Assembly: GCA_964508365.1 (NCBI GenBank)
Contig: CAZDTP010000004.1
Location: 1,681 to 65,680 of the forward strand
From: an uncultured archaeon
GTDB taxonomy: Archaea; Asgardarchaeota; Lokiarchaeia; Sigyniarchaeales; SOKP01
DNA length: 64,000 bases
Direction: 5' to 3'
Made by a program: the position numbers and the translations under genes. Positions 1 to 9,056 of the stretch are shown in pieces. The first letter of the stretch is position 1. Every line of letters begins with the position of its first letter. The notes under the pieces are model-generated. The model worked only from the letters and a program-made list of their open reading frames with translations, had not been told where the DNA came from and did not search any database.

Positions 1-2
1 CA

Positions 3-1034
3 GAAATTGGTAAGCTATACAACGAGCTTGAAAAAGAATACAAGTTCTACGCTCCAACTAAAGTAAAAGGTAACATTGCTTTCAAGAAGATTTCTAATGC
101 GGAAGAAATCGAATTAGATTACTTTAATTCAAAGGTTCCCCCGAAAGACGTACTCTTTCCTCAAAAAGAAATTATTTTTGAATATAGATACGAGGGGAAA
201 GACGTTATAATTGAAGAGAGAAAAGATCTAGAGGATAAAATTCTCATTTTCGGAGTTCGTCCTTGCGACGCCTATAGTTTTAAGCTGTTGGAGGATTTTT
301 TTGCTTCTGGTGATTTTCAAGACGACATCTTTTTAAAAAAAAGGGAAAACGCAACTATTATTGGACTCGGATGTAATGCTCCTAGACAATCCTGTTTTTG
401 TACGTCTGTAGGAGGACATCCGTTCCAGAAAGAAAGCACCGATGTGTTCTTATCCGATTTAGGAGATAATTACTTAGTTGAAGCGATTAGTGACAAAGGA
501 AAAAGCCTGGTTAAAAAATTAACTTGGCTTTCTGACGCTAAAAAAGCGGATATAGATAAAGCAACGGATTTAGCAAAACAAGCGGAAGAATCGTTTACCA
601 CAAAATTTAATTTCGATTTAGTCACGAAGGTATTAGACAAGAATTTCGAACATCCCGTCTGGCAAGAAATTAGCGAAAGTTGCATCGGCTGTGGTTCTTG
701 TACTTTTCTGTGCCCTACTTGTACCTGTTTTGACGTTATCGACGAAAACGACGAATACAATAACCGAGGAAGGCGTATAAGGATTTGGGACACTTGCCAG
801 TCGTGTCTGTACACCCTTGAAACGAGCGGTCACAACCCTCGCCCCGAAAAAATCCAACGGTGCCGAAATCGAATCATGCACAAATTCAGCTATTATCCGA
901 ATAATTACGATTGCTTAGGGTGTGTGGGGTGCGGAAGATGTATAATAGCGTGCCCCGTTAATAACGAATTAAGAATTATTATAGACAAAATATTGGAAAT
1001 TGAAGAAAAAAGTGGTGAGAAAGTAAGTGCCTAA
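3..1034 (+). CDS. AsrA/FlxB-like 4Fe-4S dicluster protein (5' truncated by window edge)
   Basis: Frame is open from base 3 (EIGKLYNELEKEYKFYAP...GVRPCD) into the listed ORF; motifs CNAPRQSCFC, CIGCGSCTFLCPTCTC and CVGCGRCIIACP are typical of the AsrA/sulfhydrogenase-beta family. Confidence 0.85.
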   Translation, partial: EIGKLYNELEKEYKFYAPTKVKGNIAFKKISNAEEIELDYFNSKVPPKDVLFPQKEIIFEYRYEGKDVIIEERKDLEDKILIFGVRPCDAYSFKLLEDFFASGDFQDDIFLKKRENATIIGLGCNAPRQSCFCTSVGGHPFQKESTDVFLSDLGDNYLVEAISDKGKSLVKKLTWLSDAKKADIDKATDLAKQAEESFTTKFNFDLVTKVLDKNFEHPVWQEISESCIGCGSCTFLCPTCTCFDVIDENDEYNNRGRRIRIWDTCQSCLYTLETSGHNPRPEKIQRCRNRIMHKFSYYPNNYDCLGCVGCGRCIIACPVNNELRIIIDKILEIEEKSGEKVSA

Positions 1035-1866
1035 TCCATACATTCCTATGCTAACAAAAGTTAAATCGATGGTTTCAGAAAACGAGGTGAACGATATTAA
1101 AACCGTTGAACTTGAATTCGTTAAAGAAGAAGAATACAAAGCTTTTGACTATCTCCCCGGACAATTTGCCGAAATCAGTATCATCGGAAAGGGAGAATGT
1201 CCAATAGGTATAGCCTCTTCTCCAACTGAAGAAGGGACTATTAAATTCACGATTAAAAAAATGGGAACCGTTACCTCATCATTTCATAATTGTGATATCG
1301 GAGATACGATAGGCGTAAGAGGTCCGTTAGGAAACGGCTGGCCGATGGAAGAGCTAAAAGGAAAGAATATCGTCGTCATTGGCGGGGGATTTGCGTTTTC
1401 CACGCTACGATCGCTTGTCTTATATGTATTAGATGACAAACACAGAAAAGATTATGAGAATATTACGGTGATTTACGGAAATCGAGATTCAGGAGAAGTT
1501 CTCTATCGAGATGTTCTGGAAGAATGGGAAAAACGAGATGATATTGAGGTAGTTTTAACAATAGATCGCGAAGAAGAGGGATGGACTCGAAAAGTAGGAT
1601 TTGTTGCGGCAATAGTTAAGGGAGTTGCTCCGTCTCCAGATAATGCTGTAGCAATTATCTGTGGTCCTCCGATTATGATAAGAACTGCCGTAGATGAGTT
1701 AGTTAAGATCGGTTGGAAAGACGAACAGATTCTTAATTCTTTAGAAATGCGAATGAAATGCGGGATCGGAAAATGCGGACGATGCAATATTGGTGAGAAA
1801 TTTGTGTGCATCGATGGTCCCGTTTTCTCATTAGCAGAACTCAAAAAAATGCCAAACGAATTTTAA
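1027..1866 (+). CDS. AsrB/FlxA-like FAD/NAD(P)-binding oxidoreductase with 2Fe-2S tail
   Basis: PGQF, RGPLGNG, GGG, CGPPIM and EMRMKCGIGKCGRC...CIDGPVF motifs; overlaps the upstream gene by 8 nt. Confidence 0.9.
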   Translation: MPNPYIPMLTKVKSMVSENEVNDIKTVELEFVKEEEYKAFDYLPGQFAEISIIGKGECPIGIASSPTEEGTIKFTIKKMGTVTSSFHNCDIGDTIGVRGPLGNGWPMEELKGKNIVVIGGGFAFSTLRSLVLYVLDDKHRKDYENITVIYGNRDSGEVLYRDVLEEWEKRDDIEVVLTIDREEEGWTRKVGFVAAIVKGVAPSPDNAVAIICGPPIMIRTAVDELVKIGWKDEQILNSLEMRMKCGIGKCGRCNIGEKFVCIDGPVFSLAELKKMPNEF

Positions 1867-1920
1867 CCGAGATTAAATTACAATTCTTTTATTTCTTCTT
1901 TTATTATTATTATGTGATAA

Positions 1921-2538
1921 ATGATAAAGAACATCATATATGATTTAGGAAATGTTTTATTAAAGTTCAAACCTAACGAATTCTTGTTAAGATTTACAAA
2001 CGATACAGAATACATCGACCAATTCGTTTTAAAAGTTACTCGGAGTAAGACATGGTTAGAGCTAGATCGGGGAACTAACACCTTAGAAAATGCCAGAAAT
2101 ATTTTTTTATCGAAGTATCCTCAGGAAAAAAATTTTATTGAGCTATTTTTTGATCAATGGATGGACATGCTAACCCCGATTGAAGAAAACATAGAAATCT
2201 TAAAAGAATTAAACGAATTAGGTTATAAATCATATATTTTGTCCAATTTTATTAAAGAGACATTTAGTTATGTTTCTTCGAAATATCATTTCTTTTCTTT
2301 ATTCGATGGCCAGATAATTTCTGGATTTGAAAATATAATTAAACCAGAAAAAGCGATCTATACACTTTTACTTAATCGGTATAATTTAATTCCTGAAGAA
2401 AGCCTTTTTATCGATGATATCTTGTTTTTTCTGAAGCCAGCAAAAAAGCTTGGTATGAAAACCATATGGAATCGCCCTAAGACTGATTTAAGAGAAGAAT
2501 TGAAAAAACTCGATATACTTCCTCAAACTAGGAATTAA
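1921..2538 (+). CDS. HAD-family phosphatase
   Basis: Motif I DLGNVL, motif II LSN, IIKPEKAIY and FIDD. Confidence 0.9.
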   Translation: MIKNIIYDLGNVLLKFKPNEFLLRFTNDTEYIDQFVLKVTRSKTWLELDRGTNTLENARNIFLSKYPQEKNFIELFFDQWMDMLTPIEENIEILKELNELGYKSYILSNFIKETFSYVSSKYHFFSLFDGQIISGFENIIKPEKAIYTLLLNRYNLIPEESLFIDDILFFLKPAKKLGMKTIWNRPKTDLREELKKLDILPQTRN

Positions 2539-2704
2539 TTTTTTTTATTAAACAGGCTAATTAAGTTTGTCAAATTATCGGTTTCTCACACAAAATTAGA
2601 ATATTTCTTTAAATAATAATAATGGTTAAAGGCTAGAATTCATATATAAGATGAAATACTCGTGAGAATTTGGTTTTACGTTAAATTTATCAAAGAAATA
2701 ATAA

Positions 2705-2776
2705 TTAACAATCTATACGCTCAACAAAATCGTCAGCAGTTTTTATTATTATAGGTTTTTTTTCATACTTGTCCAT
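2705..2776 (-). CDS. Putative 23-aa small protein MDKYEKKPIIIKTADDFVERIDC
   Basis: Hand-translated; SD-like AGAGGT (2785-2790) 8 nt before the ATG. Confidence 0.45.
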   Translation of the reverse strand: MDKYEKKPIIIKTADDFVERIDC

Positions 2777-2840
2777 TTTTATTTACCTCTTTTTATTGGT
2801 TTTTTGGGTATATTTTAATTAAAAAAATTAAAAAAAAAAT

Positions 2841-2939
2841 TTACTTCATACTTTTATCGCAAGAAAACTTAAGGTATTGAATTTCATGTGAATTTAAGTT
2901 CATTTTAGCTTTTAACGCTTTAATATCGGATTTTTCCAT
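2841..2939 (-). CDS. Putative 32-aa small protein MEKSDIKALKAKMNLNSHEIQYLKFSCDKSMK
   Basis: Hand-translated; SD AGGAGGT (2948-2954) 8 nt before the ATG; followed by a long U-rich tract on the transcribed strand. Confidence 0.5.
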   Translation of the reverse strand: MEKSDIKALKAKMNLNSHEIQYLKFSCDKSMK

Positions 2940-3190
2940 TAGCTTTTACCTCCTTTTTATTATTTTTCTTTTTTTGTTTTTTTTGTTCTTAATTAAAATA
3001 AGGGAAGAATACATAATTAGTTTTTAATACTAAACTGTAAATGGACTCTTGAACATTTGATGAACTGAACTAAATACCGTGAAGACGCAATCTACTATTA
3101 ACTCAGTGGATTTATTAAATGTTTTTACTTAATTTTTTTTAAAGTCAAACACATTAAGATTATTAATTAGTAAATCTTAAGAGTCTCATA

Positions 3191-3379
3191 ATGATTGATA
3201 GCTGGCTTTCTAAGACGAAATTTAAAGACATGTATGAGAAATTTGTGAGGAAATTTTTTCTCGGTAAAGTTTCTGCCAATCAACTTACTATAATCGGGCT
3301 AATTTTTGGACTCATAGGCTCGTTTTTAATATATCTTAATTTGATAAATGGGAAATTATTTTTCTTTTCTATTCTCTAG
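3191..3379 (+). pseudogene. N-terminal fragment of a CDP-alcohol phosphatidyltransferase-like protein
   Basis: VSANQLTIIGLIFGLIG resembles the family's first TM (PNxLT); ORF stops inside the 3' end of the convergent gene before any DGxxAR motif. Confidence 0.55.
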
Positions 3380-5477
3380 AGCTTAAGTACTCTAAAGCTT
3401 TCTTTATATCGTTTGTAGGTGTTTTACAAGTTTTGTTAATGCATACATACGCAGTAGCTTTTCCCTCGTATTTATCAAAAAATTGAATATAATTGGAAAG
3501 ATTATCAATTTCTGGATTCAATTTTTCCGTAGGACGAAAAATTAACGATTTATTTGGTAAAAAATGTTTTCTAACCTCATCTAACATGGAATTCGTATCA
3601 TCTTTTCCCTCATCCCCTGCGATGACTAATGAATATGTTGGACCTATGGCATAATCCACAGCAACCATCATTAAACTATGCGCGACAGGATTAGCTCTGA
3701 CGCTTTCGGCAAAAACCCGTCCAAGATGATCTGCTTTCTTCTCATAAGTATCGTTACCAGTTAATTGTGCTAACCTTAGTAAATTTAGCATCGCAACAGA
3801 ATTCCCCGATGGAATTGCTCCGTCATAAGTCTCTTTTTGGCGCGTTAGTAACGATTCTGCGTCTTCAGCCGTAAAAAAGTATGCTCCAATTGAGGAATCC
3901 CAAAATAATTTTAACTGTTCCTCTGTCAACTTTATAGCTTTTTCAAGATATCGTGTTTCAAAAGATGCTTCATAAAGGTTGATTAACCCCCAAACTAAGA
4001 ACGCATAATCGTCTAAAAAAGCGAGTATGTCTGCACCACCCTTACGATAACGATGTAAAAGTCTTCCCTCAGAATTTTTTATTTGGTTTAGGATAAAATC
4101 TACTGCTTTTTCTGCGACCTGAATATGTTTAGGCTCGTTAAAAATATATCCTGCCTTAGCAAACGCTGCGATCATCAATCCATTCCAGTCAGTTAATACT
4201 TTGTCGTCCTTATGAGGCTTAATTCTTTTCTCTCTTGCTTCAAATAATTTGTTCCTAATTAATTCAATATCGATCGTGGGGGTATCTGATAAATAGGATT
4301 TTAAGTGAATGATGTTTTTTCCAGTTTTACTTTTAGTCGCTTCATCGAAAAAATTCCCATTTATATCAATATTATAAAGTTTTGAAAATACTTCAGCTTC
4401 TTCTACTCCTAATATTTCTTCGATTTCGCCTTTCGACCAAACATAAAATTTACCTTCTTCTCCTTCACTATCAGCATCTTCTGCGCTATAGAAGGCTCCA
4501 TCTGGGGAAGTCATATCGCGCAAAACATATGCCAATACTTCCTTTGCGGTATTAGCATATTCCTCTTTATTCGTTGCTTGATACGCATCTAAATAAGCAA
4601 GAATCAATAAGGCTTGATCGTATAACATTTTTTCAAAATGAGGTACAAGCCAGTTAGGATCGGTTGAGTAACGATGAAATCCGAAGCCAATATGATCGTA
4701 GATTCCACCCATTCGCATAGCTTTAAGCGTCTTTTCAACCATTTTAAGTGCTCCCTCGTCACCAGTTCTTCTCCAGAATCTTAATAAGAACAATAAATTG
4801 TGTGGTGTGGGGAATTTTGGTGCCGTTCCAAAACCTCCGTTCTGTTTATCGAATCTTCCCGATAATTGAGAATGCGTGTTTTTTAAGACGCTTTCAGCTA
4901 GACTTCTTCCCGGGGATTCAGAGTTTGCATCTCGTAAGGTAAAAGTTATCTTTTCGCTCGATTCTACTAATTGATTTCTTTCGTTCTTCCATAGATCTTT
5001 AACTCGTTTTATTAAATCAACTAAACCAATTCTTCCAAATCGGCTTTCTTTCGGAAAATACATTCCAGCAAAAAAGGGTTTTTTATCTGGAGTCATGATA
5101 ATTGTTAGTGGCCAACCCCCAGAACCGGTCATAAGTTGGCAGACGGTCATATAGATTTTATCTATGTCAGGTCGTTCTTCTCTATCAACTTTAATTGAAA
5201 TGAATGATTCGTTCAACAATTCCGCAACATATGGGTCTTCAAACGATTCGTGAGCCATTACATGACACCAATGGCATGTGGAATACCCGATTGATAAGAA
5301 AATTGGCTTATCTTCAGATTTTGCCTTTTCAAAGGCTTCATCACCCCAAGCATACCATTCTACTGGATTGTTAGCGTGTTGAAGTAAATATGGACTTTTT
5401 TCAGTAATAAGCTTATTAGGTTTTTTAATACCTTCTGGCTTCTCTCTTGAAATATTACTATCGTTAATAATATCCAC
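3369..5477 (-). CDS. YyaL/SPATA20-like thioredoxin-domain + glycosidase-like (alpha/alpha)6 protein
   Basis: [70 protein letters not shown]. Confidence 0.92.
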   Translation of the reverse strand: MDIINDSNISREKPEGIKKPNKLITEKSPYLLQHANNPVEWYAWGDEAFEKAKSEDKPIFLSIGYSTCHWCHVMAHESFEDPYVAELLNESFISIKVDREERPDIDKIYMTVCQLMTGSGGWPLTIIMTPDKKPFFAGMYFPKESRFGRIGLVDLIKRVKDLWKNERNQLVESSEKITFTLRDANSESPGRSLAESVLKNTHSQLSGRFDKQNGGFGTAPKFPTPHNLLFLLRFWRRTGDEGALKMVEKTLKAMRMGGIYDHIGFGFHRYSTDPNWLVPHFEKMLYDQALLILAYLDAYQATNKEEYANTAKEVLAYVLRDMTSPDGAFYSAEDADSEGEEGKFYVWSKGEIEEILGVEEAEVFSKLYNIDINGNFFDEATKSKTGKNIIHLKSYLSDTPTIDIELIRNKLFEAREKRIKPHKDDKVLTDWNGLMIAAFAKAGYIFNEPKHIQVAEKAVDFILNQIKNSEGRLLHRYRKGGADILAFLDDYAFLVWGLINLYEASFETRYLEKAIKLTEEQLKLFWDSSIGAYFFTAEDAESLLTRQKETYDGAIPSGNSVAMLNLLRLAQLTGNDTYEKKADHLGRVFAESVRANPVAHSLMMVAVDYAIGPTYSLVIAGDEGKDDTNSMLDEVRKHFLPNKSLIFRPTEKLNPEIDNLSNYIQFFDKYEGKATAYVCINKTCKTPTNDIKKALEYLSSRE

Positions 5478-5494
5478 CCTTTTTAGTAAGTTGA

Positions 5495-6052
5495 TTAGTC
5501 TTTAACTTTATCTATGTAGATAAATTCATCAATAGATTTCCTTGGGGGTCTCTGTTTTTCTCCGAGCTTCATTGGATCAGATAAAATCGGGTTAATTATT
5601 TCTGAATGCTTTCCAACAATTACAAGAGTAATTAATCTCATTTCATTTGAAATACTAAGAATTTCTTTAGCTAGAGTCTCATTAAAACCAGCTATAGGAT
5701 GGGCTACCAGACCTAATTCAGTAGCACGCAGGATTAAAAAAGCAGTGGCCATACCAGTATCAAACAAGTAATAGAGTCTTTCTCCAATCACACAATCTTT
5801 TTTAGGTTTACTGAAAACTCCTATAATCATTGACGCTTTTTCAGCCCACTTATTACCTTCTGATAACACAGCAAAAAGTTCGTTTAATACATTTTTATCA
5901 TGAACAAAAACAAATTTCCATGGTTGCATATTTGCGCAAGACGGGGTAATTCTAGCGATTTCTGCAAGATCCTCAATTAAATCCCTTGAAATTTCTATAG
6001 GATCTAAGGATCTATATGCTCTTCTTTTTTCTATAATCTCTTTAACGCTCAT
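5495..6052 (-). CDS. Nitroreductase family protein
   Basis: [16 protein letters not shown] and DTGMA motifs. Confidence 0.9.
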   Translation of the reverse strand: MSVKEIIEKRRAYRSLDPIEISRDLIEDLAEIARITPSCANMQPWKFVFVHDKNVLNELFAVLSEGNKWAEKASMIIGVFSKPKKDCVIGERLYYLFDTGMATAFLILRATELGLVAHPIAGFNETLAKEILSISNEMRLITLVIVGKHSEIINPILSDPMKLGEKQRPPRKSIDEFIYIDKVKD

Positions 6053-6061
6053 GGTGTCTTT

Positions 6062-6547
6062 TTAATTTCCTAACTCCTCTAAGATTTTCTGTACTTCTTC
6101 TGGATGTCCGTTCACAGAAACTTTAGGCCAAATATGTGCGATCTTTCCATCGGGATTTATTAAAAAGGTACTACGCGTAACTCCTATATATTCCTTACCT
6201 CTGAATGTGTTTTTACCCCATTTTCCATACGATTTTAAGACTTCTTTATCTAGATCGCTTAATAGAGTTACTTTTAAATTTTTCTTCTCTATGAATTTTG
6301 CGTGGGATTCAGGACTATCAGGGCTTATGCCAATAACATTCGCATTTAACTTTTGAAGTTCGGTTAAAATTCCCGTAAAACCTATTGCTTCAGTAGTACA
6401 ACCTGGCGTATTATCTTTAGGATAAAAGTAGACGATGACGTACTTACCTTTAAATTCCTTAAGACATACCTTCTTATTATCTTTGTCTGGTAGGCAAAAC
6501 TCGGGAGCAGTATCTCCAACCTTTAATTCAACTTTTTTAACTGTCAT
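6062..6547 (-). CDS. bcp: Peroxiredoxin, Bcp/PrxQ type
   Basis: YFYPKDNTPGCTTEA, RSTFLINPDG; start placed at MTVKKVELKVGD (6547) rather than the track start 6619. Confidence 0.92.
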   Translation of the reverse strand: MTVKKVELKVGDTAPEFCLPDKDNKKVCLKEFKGKYVIVYFYPKDNTPGCTTEAIGFTGILTELQKLNANVIGISPDSPESHAKFIEKKNLKVTLLSDLDKEVLKSYGKWGKNTFRGKEYIGVTRSTFLINPDGKIAHIWPKVSVNGHPEEVQKILEELGN

Positions 6548-6774
6548 TATAATTTTCTCCTTAAAAATTTTGGATTTTATTCGTGTTTCAATTATAAAAT
6601 CATTTGAATAGAATATCAATATTCAGATTATTAACTATAAAAGGAACAAAAATCTTCTGTTAATTATTACCATTAGAAATTTCAAATATTAATAAAATAT
6701 AAAAAATTAGAAAAAAAGTTAAAAATTTTATTTAAGGATCGTTCCTAAATGGATTGCATCGTCACAATTCGTAA

Positions 6775-7866
6775 TTATATTCTTTTAATTAGAAGATAAT
6801 TTTTAACTTCTTTATGAAGGAAATAGTAAATGAAAATAACTGATGCGAAGTATATAACAACAGTTATGCCATTCAAAATATCACTTACTAAGAAATATGC
6901 TAAAATTGAAAAGAAAAAAAATAAACAAACAATTAAAACAAGAGACAAAATTGGGAGTATAAAATCTAATTTTGTTAAGTTTTTGATCACACCTAACAGA
7001 TATCGACCTATTAGGAATATTAATGCGAATAATACAGGAAGAATCATTTCGTAAAGATTAATGGTTATATAAAAAATTCCATATCCGTAAAAACTTAAAA
7101 AAAGACAAACGAAATAAATTAGAGAAGTGCAAACTGTTATTCCTAATAATGGATAATATAGCTCTTTCCTTTCTACAGTTAGTTCTTTTATTAAATTGCT
7201 CTTTTTATTTGTGTGTGTTGTTTCAGTCACAGGATTGTTAATTTCTTTATTTGAAATAGAATCGCGTATATAAGGTAAAGAAACAATAAATTCGGGTAAA
7301 ATTTTTCGAAGGAAGTAAAGAATTATTATGAATGAGATTAGTGTTATAAGATAGTACGATGAATCGTGGATTATATGCATGGGCATTCCATTATGTAAAA
7401 ATGCTAACATCAATACCATTCGGATCATATGTGAAAGATATGTTGATAATATTGTTATTATAATGATTTTAGTTTTCCTCCAAATTATATTAATTTCTGG
7501 TTTACGATCATGCGAAGAAGGCGTCGCAAGAATTATACCAATAAAAATACTAATCACTTCAGCACCATAACAAACGGGTAACACTCTACCAGAGACAGAA
7601 GGATTTGGTAAATATATGGCTATTAGATCAGGGTTGATAACTACATTTGCTTCAATATTGAAGATTAGGTCCAATAAGTAACTTACTTGTTTAATAAACA
7701 TCGCAGTCACCCAACTATTAAAACTCATATTAAGAAATAAAAAAATAAGACTGCCTAATATAGGCGTCCCAAAAGAGAAAAATATTAAAGAATGTTTAGA
7801 AAAAGTATATTTTATAGCTGACCATTGAAGCTCTAACCTTTCGGGTAAAACCTTTTCGGACCGCAT
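6775..7866 (-). CDS. Exosortase/archaeosortase-family membrane protein with C-terminal TM extension
   Basis: Multi-TM; Cys in PVCYG, Arg in HMIR and His in IIHD are ordered like the Cys-Arg-His triad of exo/archaeosortases. Confidence 0.65.
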   Translation of the reverse strand: MRSEKVLPERLELQWSAIKYTFSKHSLIFFSFGTPILGSLIFLFLNMSFNSWVTAMFIKQVSYLLDLIFNIEANVVINPDLIAIYLPNPSVSGRVLPVCYGAEVISIFIGIILATPSSHDRKPEINIIWRKTKIIIITILSTYLSHMIRMVLMLAFLHNGMPMHIIHDSSYYLITLISFIIILYFLRKILPEFIVSLPYIRDSISNKEINNPVTETTHTNKKSNLIKELTVERKELYYPLLGITVCTSLIYFVCLFLSFYGYGIFYITINLYEMILPVLFALIFLIGRYLLGVIKNLTKLDFILPILSLVLIVCLFFFFSILAYFLVSDILNGITVVIYFASVIFIYYFLHKEVKNYLLIKRI

Positions 7867-7909
7867 TTCGAGTTTATTATCTTTTCGATTATTTTTAATT
7901 AATTATTAA

Positions 7910-9040
7910 TTAAATTCTCTTTTCTAAACTCTTTTTAACCACACAATATACTTTTCTTCTCTCGCCAATTCCAAAACACGCATTACAATTAGTACATAAT
8001 GCAGGTGTAAGATCTCCATCTTTCCATCGATTAGGTAAATCAGGTTCATATATGAGAGGGCGACACATAGAAATAAAATTTGCTATTTCTTCCGCCAGAA
8101 ATTTATCTGCGGATAAAGGGTTTCTTATTCCCCCCATAAAAATTAATGAACAATCTTTCATTACTCGCTTAATAGCCTTAGCATTTGGTAAATAATAGTT
8201 TTCATCTTCAGTTGAACTAAAATTCACACTTGGATATGATTTTTTGTTGGTTGCTTTTAGATTTGTTCGGCCAGATGTAGGTTCAATAGCATCAAAACCT
8301 AAATCTACTAAATATTTAGCTATCTCTACTCCCTCTCTTAAAGTTAATCCCTTTCCTTCTCCTAAAAAATCTTGAGTACTCAATTTAATGGTAATTGGAA
8401 ATTCGGTTCCTAAATTATCTCTTATTTGATTAAAAATATCAATAATAATTTTTAATCTATTAAGAGTTGTACCTCCATATTCATCAATCCGCTTATTAGT
8501 GAAAGGAGAGATGAAGTCACTCAGGAGATAGCCATGACCAGCATGTAGTTGTATCATATCATAGCCGCACTCATAAACCCTGGAGCTTGCTTCAATAAAT
8601 TTTTTTGTTATTTTTTTAATTTCTTCATTTTTCAATTCACGACAAATTTTTTTTGTTATAGGATCTTTTATTGGTGATGGTCCCACTGTTTCTCGATTAC
8701 GACTAATAACATTATTCCCAGTGTGTGCTAATTGAGCTGCTACTTTAACATCTGAATATTCATGAATAGATTTTACCAATTTTTTTTGTCCAAGAATATA
8801 AGAATCATCATAGATTCGAGTCATTCGAGTGGTTTGGGCACCTATTGGATCAACAGCAATATATCCTGTAATTATTAATCCCGTCCCGCCCTTAGCTAAC
8901 TCCTCATAAAAATCAATAAGTGAATCAGTTACATAGCCATCCTTAGTTGCTCTTGATTCCCAAGTTGCTGAACGAACTATGCGATTTTTAATTGATACGG
9001 TACCAATTTTCCCGGGTTTAAAGAGATATTTTAATTCCAT
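7910..9040 (-). CDS. NADH:flavin oxidoreductase (Old Yellow Enzyme family)
   Basis: KNRIVRSAT, QLAH, QLHAGHGYL, NKRIDEYGG; SD AGGAGGTGA (9046-9054) supports the start at 9040. Confidence 0.92.
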   Translation of the reverse strand: MELKYLFKPGKIGTVSIKNRIVRSATWESRATKDGYVTDSLIDFYEELAKGGTGLIITGYIAVDPIGAQTTRMTRIYDDSYILGQKKLVKSIHEYSDVKVAAQLAHTGNNVISRNRETVGPSPIKDPITKKICRELKNEEIKKITKKFIEASSRVYECGYDMIQLHAGHGYLLSDFISPFTNKRIDEYGGTTLNRLKIIIDIFNQIRDNLGTEFPITIKLSTQDFLGEGKGLTLREGVEIAKYLVDLGFDAIEPTSGRTNLKATNKKSYPSVNFSSTEDENYYLPNAKAIKRVMKDCSLIFMGGIRNPLSADKFLAEEIANFISMCRPLIYEPDLPNRWKDGDLTPALCTNCNACFGIGERRKVYCVVKKSLEKRI

Positions 9041-9056
9041 AATTATCACCTCCTAA

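Noticed and set aside
3057-3110. Box C/D sRNA (TGATGA ... CTGA)
   Set aside because: CTGA lies 1 nt after the C box and no D box precedes the 3' stem
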